DNA of 64,000 nt from Strigamia acuminata (taxonomy: Eukaryota): the NCBI GenBank assembly GCA_949358305.1, contig OX442314.1, positions 17,112,001 to 17,176,000 on the forward strand, read 5' to 3'. Under the pieces are notes generated by a model. It ran no database searches, was not told the DNA's origin, and was given only the letters and a program-made list of their open reading frames with translations. The translations under genes and the position numbers were made by a program. Position 1 is the stretch's first letter; each line of letters begins with the position of its first letter. Below are positions 1-10,802 of the stretch, piece by piece.

Positions 1-472
1 TAGTTGTAACCGAGTTGATAGAATTATGGTTCAAATGCATCGGAGGTACGAGCTGGAAAACATAAAACAAAATAAAACAAAATTCAATCAAGAAATAAAT
101 GGTCAAACTTACCTCTGGGTAATACGAACAGTCCGGTTGCAGAGCTCTTTGATCTCTGTAATCTCTTTGCCAAACTCGTGCCTGGAATGACATTTTATTT
201 GTAATCGATAATAATTAGGGTATCGGAAAGCAATAAATATACGATACCTGCAACTGGTGAATTATAGCGGAGTTATAATCGATGGTTTTTCTTACAACAG
301 CTTTTCTTAAGCGTTTGCCATCAAATTCTATATTTTGTGCAGGCTGCACGTTCCCCCCATGTTGTTTATAAGGATGTGGGTTGAAATAGTTATTTCCCTT
401 TTGAAAATTTGAATTGAATCTTGGAGTGTGAAAAAACCGCTGCTGCGATTGATTGGGTGGAAACGCCTGCAT
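1..472 (-). CDS. WDR33: pre-mRNA 3' end processing protein WDR33, N-terminal exons (gene continues beyond the left edge)
   Basis: Exons 472-248, 181-113, 52-1 with GT-AG introns translate to ...FDGKRLRKAVVRKTIDYNSAIIHQLQ|ARVWQRDYRDQRALQPDCSYYPE|LVPPMHLNHNSINSVTT, the characteristic WDR33/Pfs2 N-terminus. Confidence 0.93.
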
Positions 473-876
473 CTTCTCTTGTTGAAACGAAGAGACTAAA
501 AAAAGTCAATCAGGAACACGCTTTGGACATTAGCGACTACTGCGAACCATCAACGAAATTTCATTTATTACCTTGCATTTGAATTGTTGAGTTAGTTTAA
601 AACTATAAACGAATTAATAATTGTAAAATCTCTCGATTTTAATTAAATCATTAATCTATCCGTAACGAAGATTAAAATGAAATTCGGGCTTTAGCCACAC
701 CGCGTAACTACAAGCTCTTGTCTGCCGCCATAATAGAATGGCATAAAAAGATAACGGCCAATCACGAAGCAAAAAGAAATGTTTTCCGTACAATCGTATA
801 AATGTAATGTTAATCTTTTTCCAGATGATTTGTAAATCTTTTTTTTTCTGGTTAGATCGAGGGGGGCGACATTCGA

Positions 877-992
877 CCGAATCTCTGACAATGGCTTCCG
901 AATCCCGCCCGAATCTTTCCGAATCCCACCCGAATCTTTCCGAATCCCACCCGAATCTTTCCGAATCCCACCGAATCTTCGAATCTCGAATC
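877..992 (+). repeat. left subterminal tandem array of the MITE (CCGAATCTTT/CCGAATCCCA units)
   Basis: Direct 10-11 nt repeats with a GAATC core. Confidence 0.9.
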
Positions 993-1346
993 TTTAAGTT
1001 GTATACAAATCGAGAAAAATAAAAACAAAATTTATGATTAAAAAATGTAATAATATTTTTACAAGAAACTTCCTTGAAATTGTCCTTGAAATTGTCCGTA
1101 AAATCATCATCGGAAGAAATTATACCTGCGCACCTCGCTGCGCGGTATCTGCGCATGCGCATTTACGATTTAGCGCGAACTTCAAATTAATCCCGGAATC
1201 GAGCCCGGAATTCATCATTGTTCGCAATTGTGATTGCATTTGATTGCGTGCTATTTTACCTCGTATTTTACCACATTTCACTAAGAGTTAAAATTAAAAT
1301 TAAAAAACATTCCCACTTCACTAAATTTATTTGAAAAAAATCATAT

Positions 1347-1582
1347 GAATCTTTCTGAATCCCATCCGAATCCCGCCGAATCCCACCGAATCCCGCCGAA
1401 TCCCACCGAATCCCATCCGAATCTCCCCGAATCTCATTCGAATCCCCCCCGAATCCCCCGAATCTATCCGAATCCCCCCGAATCCCAGCCGAATCCCCCG
1501 AATCTTTCCGAATCTTTCCGAATCTTTCCGAATCTTTCCGAATCCCATCCGAATCTTTCGAATCCCAAAGAAGATTCGAATC
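1347..1582 (+). repeat. right subterminal tandem array of the MITE (CCGAATCCCC/CCGAATCTTT units)
   Basis: About 20 direct 10-11 nt repeats with a GAATC core, same orientation as the left array. Confidence 0.9.
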
Positions 1583-1725
1583 TCTGACAAGCAGATTCTG
1601 ATTGTCGCACCCCTCGGGTTAGATAATAATAAATTTTGATAAACCTTACGAAAGTCAACTAGATTTTGAATTTGAAGATTATTTTCTGCTGCACTACAAT
1701 TCGACTGCTTTCTTGAAAGCAGACG

Positions 1726-3004
1726 ATGGGCGATTCTCATACGGAACAAGGAATTTTAAACCCAACATTTGCAACAGAATTTCTGGAAGAATGGTTTATT
1801 TCATTGGCTGCTTCGAATGCTGCAACTATCAATTTAGCCGAGGAAAATGCACAACTGGTAATTTAATCTTTAAAAATTATCCAAAAAAAAAATACTAACG
1901 AACATTTGTTGTTGTGCCGCAGATTAAGTTCAAAAGCAGAAAGTTTGTCGAAATGATATTTCTCATATGTGAAAAGCTAAAACAGCCGATCGAAGTCAAA
2001 TATTTAGCTTTAGAAATATTTTCCAGGCAAGTTGTAGTATTTGAATACGGTATTTTTGTTCTTAAAAATACAAATTTTTGTTTCGACGTCAGATTTATGT
2101 TGAAACACCTGAAAGAACTTCATTCTCACGCCGTAACCGTGCAAAAAGATAATTCCAAACGTTTTACTGAATGGAATCGAATTATGTTTCGAATCGAAAA
2201 GCAGGTGTTTCTTCGAGCAGCTTCTTGCGTTCAGATAGCCAGCAAATTGGTATCTCACTACAAAGTGAGTATCACATTCGCAGCAATAATAATTATTTTT
2301 GTTACATCAGAATTTTAATTGTGATTTATTTGTTAAGATTATAACTTCGGCTAAATTATGCTGTCTGATAAAGGAGGCTGGTTACAGTTTTAATTCCAAC
2401 AGTATTTTGAACTCTGAATTGCGAATTCTCAAAGCTCTCAATTATCAAGTGAACATTCCTTCAGCGATTGCATTCTTGGATTTCTTTTTGCAAGTTTTAA
2501 GTATTACTTTTTTTTATTTACTGTAATCGATAACGCACAAAACAATGCGTCTTTCCAGTACACAACGAACCAATGATAAATGCAGATATTTTGAGAACCG
2601 TTTCGTTGAAAGTGATGGACATCATCTGTCTGCAACAGAAGGAAGCGTATTTATACTTGTACCTCAGCGTTACAAAAGTCCCAAATCCAAACAAGTAACT
2701 TTTAAATACGTTACCATAATTAATATATTTAATTTGAGGCGTACATTATTCCTTTACTTCAATAGGGCGCAATTTGCTATAGTAGAAAACGACTTGATGT
2801 ACTTTGCCGTTACTATTATTTCGTGCGCTGCATTTCTGATAAACGAAGAAGATAGTGGAAAAGTAATTGTTTCGGTGTTGTCGCACAAATAGCATTTATT
2901 TCTTTTATTTTCAGATTAGACAGCATTTGCACATCATAACGGCAATTCCGCAGAAGGATATAACCGATTTCACCAGAATTCTAATTCCGTTTATTATAAA
3001 TTAA
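1726..3004 (+). CDS. CNTD1: cyclin N-terminal domain-containing protein 1 (COSA-1 family meiotic crossover factor)
   Basis: Seven exons (1726-1857, 1923-2026, 2093-2263, 2338-2500, 2559-2694, 2766-2862, 2916-3004) give an open frame with FVEMIFLICEKL..VKYLALEIFSRFM..LRAASCVQIASKL..ILNSELRILKALNY..VENDLMYFAVTII, matching the CNTD1 cyclin fold. Intron 2 is GC-AG. Confidence 0.85.
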
Positions 3005-3071
3005 CAATTACAATTCAAAGTTAATTAAAAGTTGATAAACGTTCTGTTCTATATTACAACCTACAAATACA

Positions 3072-6000
3072 TTAATCCTTATGTAAAAGGTAGTGGCGTG
3101 CAAACGTGTCCAATTCGCTTATCACGTATCCAGCTTTGTTCCTAGAAAAATACGTTGTTGTTTTCAATGTTAAAAAATTATTCTTCAACTTTGCAATAAA
3201 ATAAAATTAAAAGTACCTCAGCTTCTTTGCAAAATTCGCCCGTTCCTCTAATTTACAAACTTCCTTCTCCAATTGACTTATTTCTACAGCCATTTCCTGT
3301 TTCGCTTCATCCACCAGATGACACAGGCGTGCAAATGTACTTGACAGCTCCCTAAACAAGTTTGTCATCATCATTAACAAGCATTATTGGTCATTTTAGG
3401 CCGTTACGCACTGTTGCACTTGGTGGCTACAATTAGCGCTGGTTAAGTCGACAATAAGTCGCAATTTCCTAGTTGCATGCTGCACGTACTGGCGTTTAAA
3501 CGCGCGCTCTTTAGCTTTGTTGGTCCAAGTTAATCGCTCATACACGTAAAGAACTCCGTAAATGCTTCCAGTCAAAATAAGCACACGCCATCCAATTGCC
3601 CTCATTAGCTGAAATAACAAACCATTAGTTGATGCGGCGATATCTTCAAAACATGTACTAACTACTCCTCCGAGTACGATGATTCCCACGGCGCCTTGCG
3701 AACTCACGGATGCAATTGCAAATCTGGACAGCCAAGAGAGTTCCTCGTTTGAAACCAAACTACGTTCTGCGGGCAGTGGTGTTAATGGAGTCGCGGGTAG
3801 TGGACGCGGGACCTAAGAACAGAAATTAATTTTAATGTAAGAAATTAAAGAAGAAAAAAAAGCACACACCGATTCTGGATAACCCAAAATCGAAAGTTTT
3901 CCTCCATGATGTCCCATAAAGCGATTAATAAGGCACGTGATGCCCAAAGAGAATCGAAACTCGATATCTTCTTGGAAATCAGAGCACAAATTATCACAAT
4001 TGAGTCGATATAGCACCTCGAAGTCGCGGCGTGGTAAGACGTTCAGTGTTTGATGCTTTCGCTCGACCGGCAGAAGGGCAGACATTCGTTCTTTGAAAAA
4101 GAAAGAATCATTCAAGTGACCGCATTATATAATTTCAAAAATCTCGAAAATAACCTGTCATGTCCTTCTGCGTACTCTCCATTGAAAGTGAGAGTGCAGT
4201 AGACAAGCGACTACGCAAGTTGCTTCCTAAACCCAACTCAACATGAGCATTCAACTCTTTTTTGTAAACATTTAAAACCAAGAGATCAGGATGAAACGAA
4301 TTGGAGAATTCGTCGACCAAAACAGACAAACGACGAATTTCTTCGTTCAATGCATTAGCCACTTTCTGTTCAACTTCCTCCACCATTTGATTGATTTTAT
4401 CTTTAACTTCGTGCGTGAGTAAGGCGAGCTGCTTTTCGGTGAAATCAAGTTGGTCCGACATTTCTTTGTGGCCGATTTCTTTTTCTTCTCTGCGAAAAAG
4501 AAAAAAAAAATTAACAATTTTCTACGTGTCGACTGTCGAGTTTCATTTCGCATTACCTCGATCTCCATGCTTGTTCAAACACATGGTCCATTATAATCTG
4601 TAAATCACTGCAGATATTTTTCCCTCGTTGGACATGCTGCTCAAACTTTGTTTCAACCGCAGACTTCGAAATGCATTCCTCAAATTTTCTTTCGAAGTTT
4701 TCGAATTCAAAATACCTCACTTGAAAGCCATCTGCCAGCGCCCCAGCTAAGTCAACATTTGAATAACGTCACAATCCATTTCAAATTACATTTCGAACGA
4801 CTGCTATTTACATGCTAAAGGCTGCCCTTTTTGATGTTGAAGTCTCGCTTGCAGAGCCTCCTTAGCCGACACAAAAAACACCCGATCTTCAGCTTGCTGC
4901 CTCGTTACCACGTTCAACTCGTCCACAAGAAAGCTTATATTTCTATCCAAATGTTGCTTGTGAACCTAAATAAAAACAGAAATTAGTAATTTTGCTTTTA
5001 TTTTCCTAACTGATGCATTTTGATTACGATTCCCCATTTGCAGCTCAAAATATAAATTAGAAATTAGAAATACTCACGGCCATTTGGCAATCCTACGAAG
5101 CAATAAAAAAAGGAAAAAACAATAAATTTTTCTAACTTGGAACAAGAATGTTTCCTACTACCTTAACCATTTAGCCTCAAATACAATGCATTTAGATTAT
5201 TTGCTACGTATTTTTAAGCAATTAAGCTGCAAAATGAGAATACAAATCTAAAAAATCATTATATTACCATCTCCAAGAAGTCTGGCTCCGATGCAGATGC
5301 GTCCCAACGATTATTTAAAATGAAAATATTTGGCTTAGACAACCTTGCACTGACTTTGTGAAAAAAATTCTTTTCCTAAACAAAAAATCTATTTTTAAAA
5401 AAATTGAAATATCAAATTTACTGCGAAACGTAACTGTAACCATCAGTGTGGATTCGGCATTAGCTACCAATACAAAAACATCTGCATCGAGGCAATGTTT
5501 GTCAATCCATTCGTCCAAATTCGGAGAAACATCGATACCAGGACTAAAAAAAAGAAATACAAATTTTTATATTTTAAATCTTTTTAACTTGATAAAATTT
5601 ACCTGTCCACTAAAACCACATCGTCTCTGAGTAGTGTGCATTTGTCTTTTGGCCAAAATATGCGTACAAGAGCACTTTCTCCAAGTTTCTCAGAACACAA
5701 CGCGTGTCCTAACTGGCCCACCGACTAAATTAATAAAAAATGCAGCTTTAATTATTAAAAATAAATTAAAAATAATATTTTAGGCGTACCTTCACGTTCT
5801 TCTTTTCCTTCGAATCTTCCGTAATAAGAAATGCTTCATCGCTGTCAGTTCCTTCAACCTGCAGAAAGCAATTGGTCGTGTGGCCAATTCCACTAGGCAA
5901 TATCTTATCCTGCAGCATTGCATTAATCACCGTGCTTTTTCCATTGCTTGTTCTAAACATCCAATTTAACATCCCCAATGTATTTATATGTTAAATTAAA

Positions 6001-6420
6001 TTAAAACCAAATAAAATTGACCTGCCAAAAAATGCGACTTTCATGTGATCTCGACTGAGAACTTCACGAATGCCTGCGATTTTGCTCTTAAACGTGACCG
6101 CGTCTTGAACTTGTTCACCAGTAACTAGTGACGAATCTCGAGGTAATCCTTTGAAACAAATATTAAATATTAATTAACGAATCAGTATTAAAATGAGCTT
6201 TTCGATTACCCTTTAAAAAATCTCTGCTTTCCATAACGTACGCGTCGATTTCCGTAAAAATGTCATTAATTTTCTTCTTGGCGAGTACGAAAATTTTGAG
6301 AGGAGAAGCAGCTGGAGAATCTCTATGCCTAGAGTCTCCATTTGTACCAACTTTTCCTGGCAAAGAAACAGGTCCACCAGCGTCTACCATGGAAATTGAA
6401 CGATTGAGGAAACCAGACAT
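3072..6420 (-). CDS. Marf: mitofusin (transmembrane GTPase Marf / MFN)
   Basis: Multi-exon; [18 protein letters not shown]1 motif [86 protein letters not shown]; stop TAA 3072-3074. Confidence 0.97.
5078..5092 (-). CDS. candidate 15-nt alternative microexon of mitofusin (DCQMA)
   Basis: ttttttattgcttcgtag|GATTGCCAAATGGCC|gtgagt, phase 0-0, inside the only long (about 300 nt) intron of the gene. Confidence 0.65.
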
Positions 6421-6941
6421 GGCAACACTAATCAAATATATGTTAAATCAGTTTCAGTTTCTATTTATTATTACATATTTACTTTACCTAGTCACAATCC
6501 ATTACACTTAAATCTTAAACGAACAATTGGAATTTTTATTTCCCAGAAGAAGCAGAATTTAAAATAGAATTCAAAGAAACGGGACTGATCTGACTCTACC
6601 CTCTCAGGCCTAGCGGACGACAGAACGTTTAGCAAGTGGGGAAGCACTAAAACCCGAATTTTAAGAAAGGTCTTAACTACGTCTATGCTTTCAGAATAAT
6701 AATAAGATTTTTATCTCCTCTTTTTGTATTATAATTTCAAATAAATAAAAATATTAAAAGTATTATTATTATATAAAACTATCATCGAGCTGTTTTGAAT
6801 ATCTTTCCTGAAATTATGGCAATTTCCAAAGCGTATCACATTGTAGGGTGGCCAATTGTGATCTCGTAAAGTCTCGTGCATTCACCTTGTTGTGGAGTTG
6901 CAAAAGTGGTTAGTTGTGTTTTGAAATTTGGATGTCTGTAA

Positions 6942-7794
6942 ATGCCACAAGATTTGAAGATTGCTGTTGTATGCTCCAGCAATCAAAACAGGAGCATGGA
7001 GGCACACGCCTTTCTAAGGTTTTTAAATCTTCTGTGCTAATTTAAACTCAATTTGTTAATTTTAATCGTCTATGTTTTTCTTTTTCTTTTTTTAGCAAAA
7101 AGGGATTTCGTGTTCGATCATTTGGCACAGGTGACAGAGTAAAGTTGCCAGGGCCAGCTCCAGATCGACCAAATGCGTACGAGTTTAGCGTTACTTACGA
7201 AGAAATGTATCAAGATCTTCTCTCCAAAGACAAAAATTTGTAACACCGATTAATCTATTTTGTGATTAATTCTGAGATGTTTTTGATGTTGTTTTCGTTA
7301 TTTCAGATACACCCAAAATGGAATTTTGTACATGTTGGATAGAAATCGAAGAATTAAACCAAAACCAGAAAAATTTCAAACATCTCATGACAAGTTTGAT
7401 ATTGTCGTAGCATGTGAAGAACGGGTTTACGATCAAATTATAGAAGGTGATTTTCATACCGAAATAGTTAATTGAGTGCAGACTTATTTTTATTTTCTAT
7501 TTTTAGAATTGGAAAATAGAGAACCTCAAGATAATACACCCGTTCATGTCATTAATATAGACATTCAAGATAATCACGAAGAAGCGACAATTGGTGCTTT
7601 TCAGATATGTGAATTGGTTACCAGGGTACACACACACACACACACAAATTGTTTAGAATTAAATAAATAACGTTAAGAAATTGTTTTTTCAGATGTCCGA
7701 AAGTGACGACTTGGACAATTACATTGATGATATCATTCAAGAATTTGAGACAAAAAACCAGCGTCCAGTTTTGCATACCGTTCAATTTTATTAA
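6942..7794 (+). CDS. SSU72: RNA polymerase II CTD phosphatase SSU72
   Basis: Five exons; MPQDLKIAVVCSSNQNRSMEAH (CX5R active site), VRSFGTGDRVKLPG, YTQNGILYMLDRNRRIK, DIQDNHEEATIGA, ends VLHTVQFY-stop; AATAAA at 7803-7808. Confidence 0.97.
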
Positions 7795-7833
7795 ATTGAT
7801 TCAATAAAACAGATTTCAAATTCAGTCAATTTA

Positions 7834-10117
7834 TTATTGGTCCAAATGAGAAAATTTCTTCGCTAATTTCGTCCGTTTATTTTTATTGTAATGCTTTTTC
7901 CACGGTTTGTGCGTTCCATCTTCACGAGACTGGGGATTTTGGACAAGTTTATTGCTCTTTATGTGGCCAGACAAATTGATTTGACTAAAAAATGAATCCA
8001 AGTCATCTGGCGATGAACTACGAATCTGGAAAAAGTTAACATATATTTAATTTAAAAAAAAAAAAAAAACTTACGGTAATTCCGTTTATTTTTATACCTC
8101 GTGTAATTCTGGTGGTGGCGGAAAAAGGTGATAATCGTCTTGATTTATGTCGGGTGGACCGTGGCAGTACAATAATTTACCCTAAGAAAAAACACCGACA
8201 TTCGAAAGATGATAAATAAAATTTCAAATTTCAAAATTTCATTTTTCTTACATTAATATAATCCTTAAGCACATAACGAGAAGACCGGGCTTCATCAGGT
8301 AATCCTCTCTGTGTTGTATACCCACGCGTTACTGTTCAAATCAAATAGATTTTTAATGGAAAAATACATCGATACGATAACTTACGTGCATAAGTTTGAA
8401 GTAATTTGTGACAATCTTTCAGATACATCGCTTCTTGAGTTTGTTGTAATCGAAATCCATAAATGTTTTCCAAAACATGGATTGGAATTCGTGATACCAT
8501 GTATTTAACATTAAGAAAGATAGTAAAATTAAAAAAATCTTACAATTAAAAAAATTATATAGAAAGGATATCAAATTAATTGAAGGAACATAATCGGTCA
8601 ATTGATCAATCGATAAAGTGCCCCCAAGAACGAGATCTGATTTGCTGTTCACTATGGAAGGCATCACCAAACCAGGACAATCACAAACGCGTACTTCTGG
8701 TTCAATAAAAAATGTCTGTTGGCCAAACAAATTTAAAGAGTCAATAAATAATCTCTAAACAATTTTATTTTTTACCTGGAAATGTTTGGTTTTACCCGGA
8801 GTGACAGATGTGCTAACTCTTTTCGTTCCAAGTAAAGCATTCACTACGGAACTCTTCCCAACATTCGGGTATCCAATCTTAAGCAGATTCCACCATTAGT
8901 ATTAAAAACCTGCAGGATATTTTAAAGCACTCACAAAGCCCAACGTTAAAGTTGAATTTTCTGATTTATAGCAATCTCTTAAATGATCAATTAATTGTTT
9001 TCGGCCTAACATTAAGCCGTCACCGTCCTCTTGACCTTCCTTCAATAAAAAATCAAAATCAGTATCAAAATAATAACAAAAGATTTCAATCTTACAAGCT
9101 GAAGAAGTGCGGAAAAAAAAGCACATTTGATTCCTTGCTGCTCGAAATAATCGGCCCACGTTTGTCTTTGCGTTTCGGTCAGCAGATCTGATTTGTTGAC
9201 TAAAACTGTGCTTCGTTTCGATGGATCCACTTCTTGCAAATATTTCTCCAAATCAGTTGAAAAGTATAGCAACGGATTACGAGCATCTACGATTTGTATC
9301 ACAACATCACTAAAGAAAAAGATAAATCGTTTCATCATCAAGTTCAAAAAGAAATTAATTTAATCGTACCTTTCGTCAACTACGTGCCATAACTGACGCC
9401 ATAACTCAAAATTTTTCTCGAACGGAGTTAACACTATATCCGCGTGTTCCTGCAAACTGTAAAAATTATTTCAGTCGAAAACTATTAACGAACTTTTAAA
9501 GCCCCAAACTGTTCCTCTTACTCAGCCAAATCACGTCGCCAATCCATAAAAGAAGAAAATTCCAATTGGTGATATTCTACAGCACTCATATCTTCACTCC
9601 ACTTGGGCCTACACAGAAATAACATTATAAAAACGTTTGAAAAAGATTTAAAATGATGTCATACTTTCGGGGAATGGGCAGAGATTCAGTTTTAGATGTT
9701 AATGCATTTTCTCCGGTGTATCCATAAGCTGGTAGAACAAAAATAACATCATCTCGTTCTAAAATAAAATAAAATTTATTAATTAAAGTTACGCGCAATT
9801 CTTTAAGTCATAATCCACGGATGGGTTATTAACCTTCAAACTCTTTGCTGGCAGCTTGAGCAGTACACAGGAATTCATCTAGTTGTTTATTTTCTGTTAT
9901 AGAATTAGGTGTTGGTAATGCTTCCCCAGTTGGTGCTATCTGTGTATTAATTCATAATTTAAAGTTAAGAAACTTACAAGGACACTTTATTCCGATTACT
10001 ATTGTAACTTACAATAACCAACTCCTTATTTTTCAATCGTCTCTGTTTTTCTCTCGTTTTCTTATCTCTCACTAAACTCTTTCCCAAATTTATTCCGTTT
10101 TTCGATACACTAGCCAT
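7834..10117 (-). CDS. LSG1: large subunit GTPase 1 homolog (60S export GTPase)
   Basis: Multi-exon; LTPFEKNFELWRQLW, SDVVIQIVDARNPL, NKSDLL, GYPNVGKSS, TPGKTKHFQT, CDCPGLVMPS, KPWKKHYNKNKR; circularly permuted GTPase motif order. Confidence 0.95.
8501..8571 (-). other. U12-type (minor spliceosome) AT-AC intron in LSG1
   Basis: 5' end ATATCCTTT, branch-like TTTCTTAAT about 10 nt before the terminal AC; removal joins DYVPSINL|MVSRIPIHVLENIYG in frame. Confidence 0.92.
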
Positions 10118-10334
10118 TTTGTAAACTCAAAACCACGTTTATTAATGATGGCAGCTGGGCAGCTTCCTTCAAGTCGAGCCTACTAGGAATCTCTTAGTCG
10201 ACTTTTGCACACCCTAACGGTGATTTTAAAAACGACTAATTTCAAACTTCGAATTCCAAATCCAAGATTAATAATTTATTTACCACAAAATTACAACTTT
10301 CAAATAAAATAGATATTATTTTTTATTCGTCATT

Positions 10335-10802
10335 TTAAAGAAATCTTTTCATCGCATCATTTTCTGTTCCTGAGTCCTCAACTTCACGTTCCGCCGGCTT
10401 CTTGACAGTCACATCACGTTCTTTGGTGAACACATCATCTGTTCAAAACAGCGATGGGGGGGAATAAGGTTTTATTTTCAACTAAAACTATATCTGTTCT
10501 TGAAAATCACAATATTTTAGCGAGACTTACCGAGCGATGTCACTATGGGATCTTTAATTCCGTACAATAATCGACGAGGATTTTGATCCGGTGTTTGCTC
10601 TACCTAATTTCGGAAGTCGATTTTATCTCTATTTTAATTTAATAGTGAAATAGTTAGCAGTTACTTGAATCGGAGTGCGCACGATTTCCACGGTTGGCGA
10701 TCGGGGATCCACGTTGAGAACGCGACTGGCCATTTCAGAATTCGCAATATGCGATTCACCAGTAACCTTAATATCCCTTACTTTGCTAGTTGTTACACCC
10801 AT
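10335..10802 (-). CDS. CDCA3: short CDCA3/Tome-1-like protein (104 aa)
   Basis: Exons 10802-10665, 10603-10531, 10438-10335; MGVTTS (myristoylation-like start) and VDPRSPTVEIVRTPIQVE, resembling the CDCA3 DPRSP..I.RTPIQVE motif. Confidence 0.65.

Larger units (their letters stand above)
858..1616. mobile_element. non-autonomous DNA transposon (MITE), hAT-like
   Basis: 17-bp TIRs CGAGGGGGGCGACATTC (858-874) vs reverse complement of 1600-1616 CGAGGGGTGCGACAATC (15/17 identical); perfect 8-bp TSD GGTTAGAT at 850-857 and 1617-1624; subterminal GAATC repeat arrays; no transposase ORF. Confidence 0.88.

Noticed and set aside
656..1749. ORFs with repeating WDSERFG / PNLSESH peptides; CRISPR-like look of the arrays
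   Set aside because: These are translations of the MITE subterminal tandem repeats; there are no unique spacers and the context is eukaryotic.
5161..5175. Second possible microexon in the long mitofusin intron
   Set aside because: 14 nt (frameshifting), GAG acceptor and weak donor.
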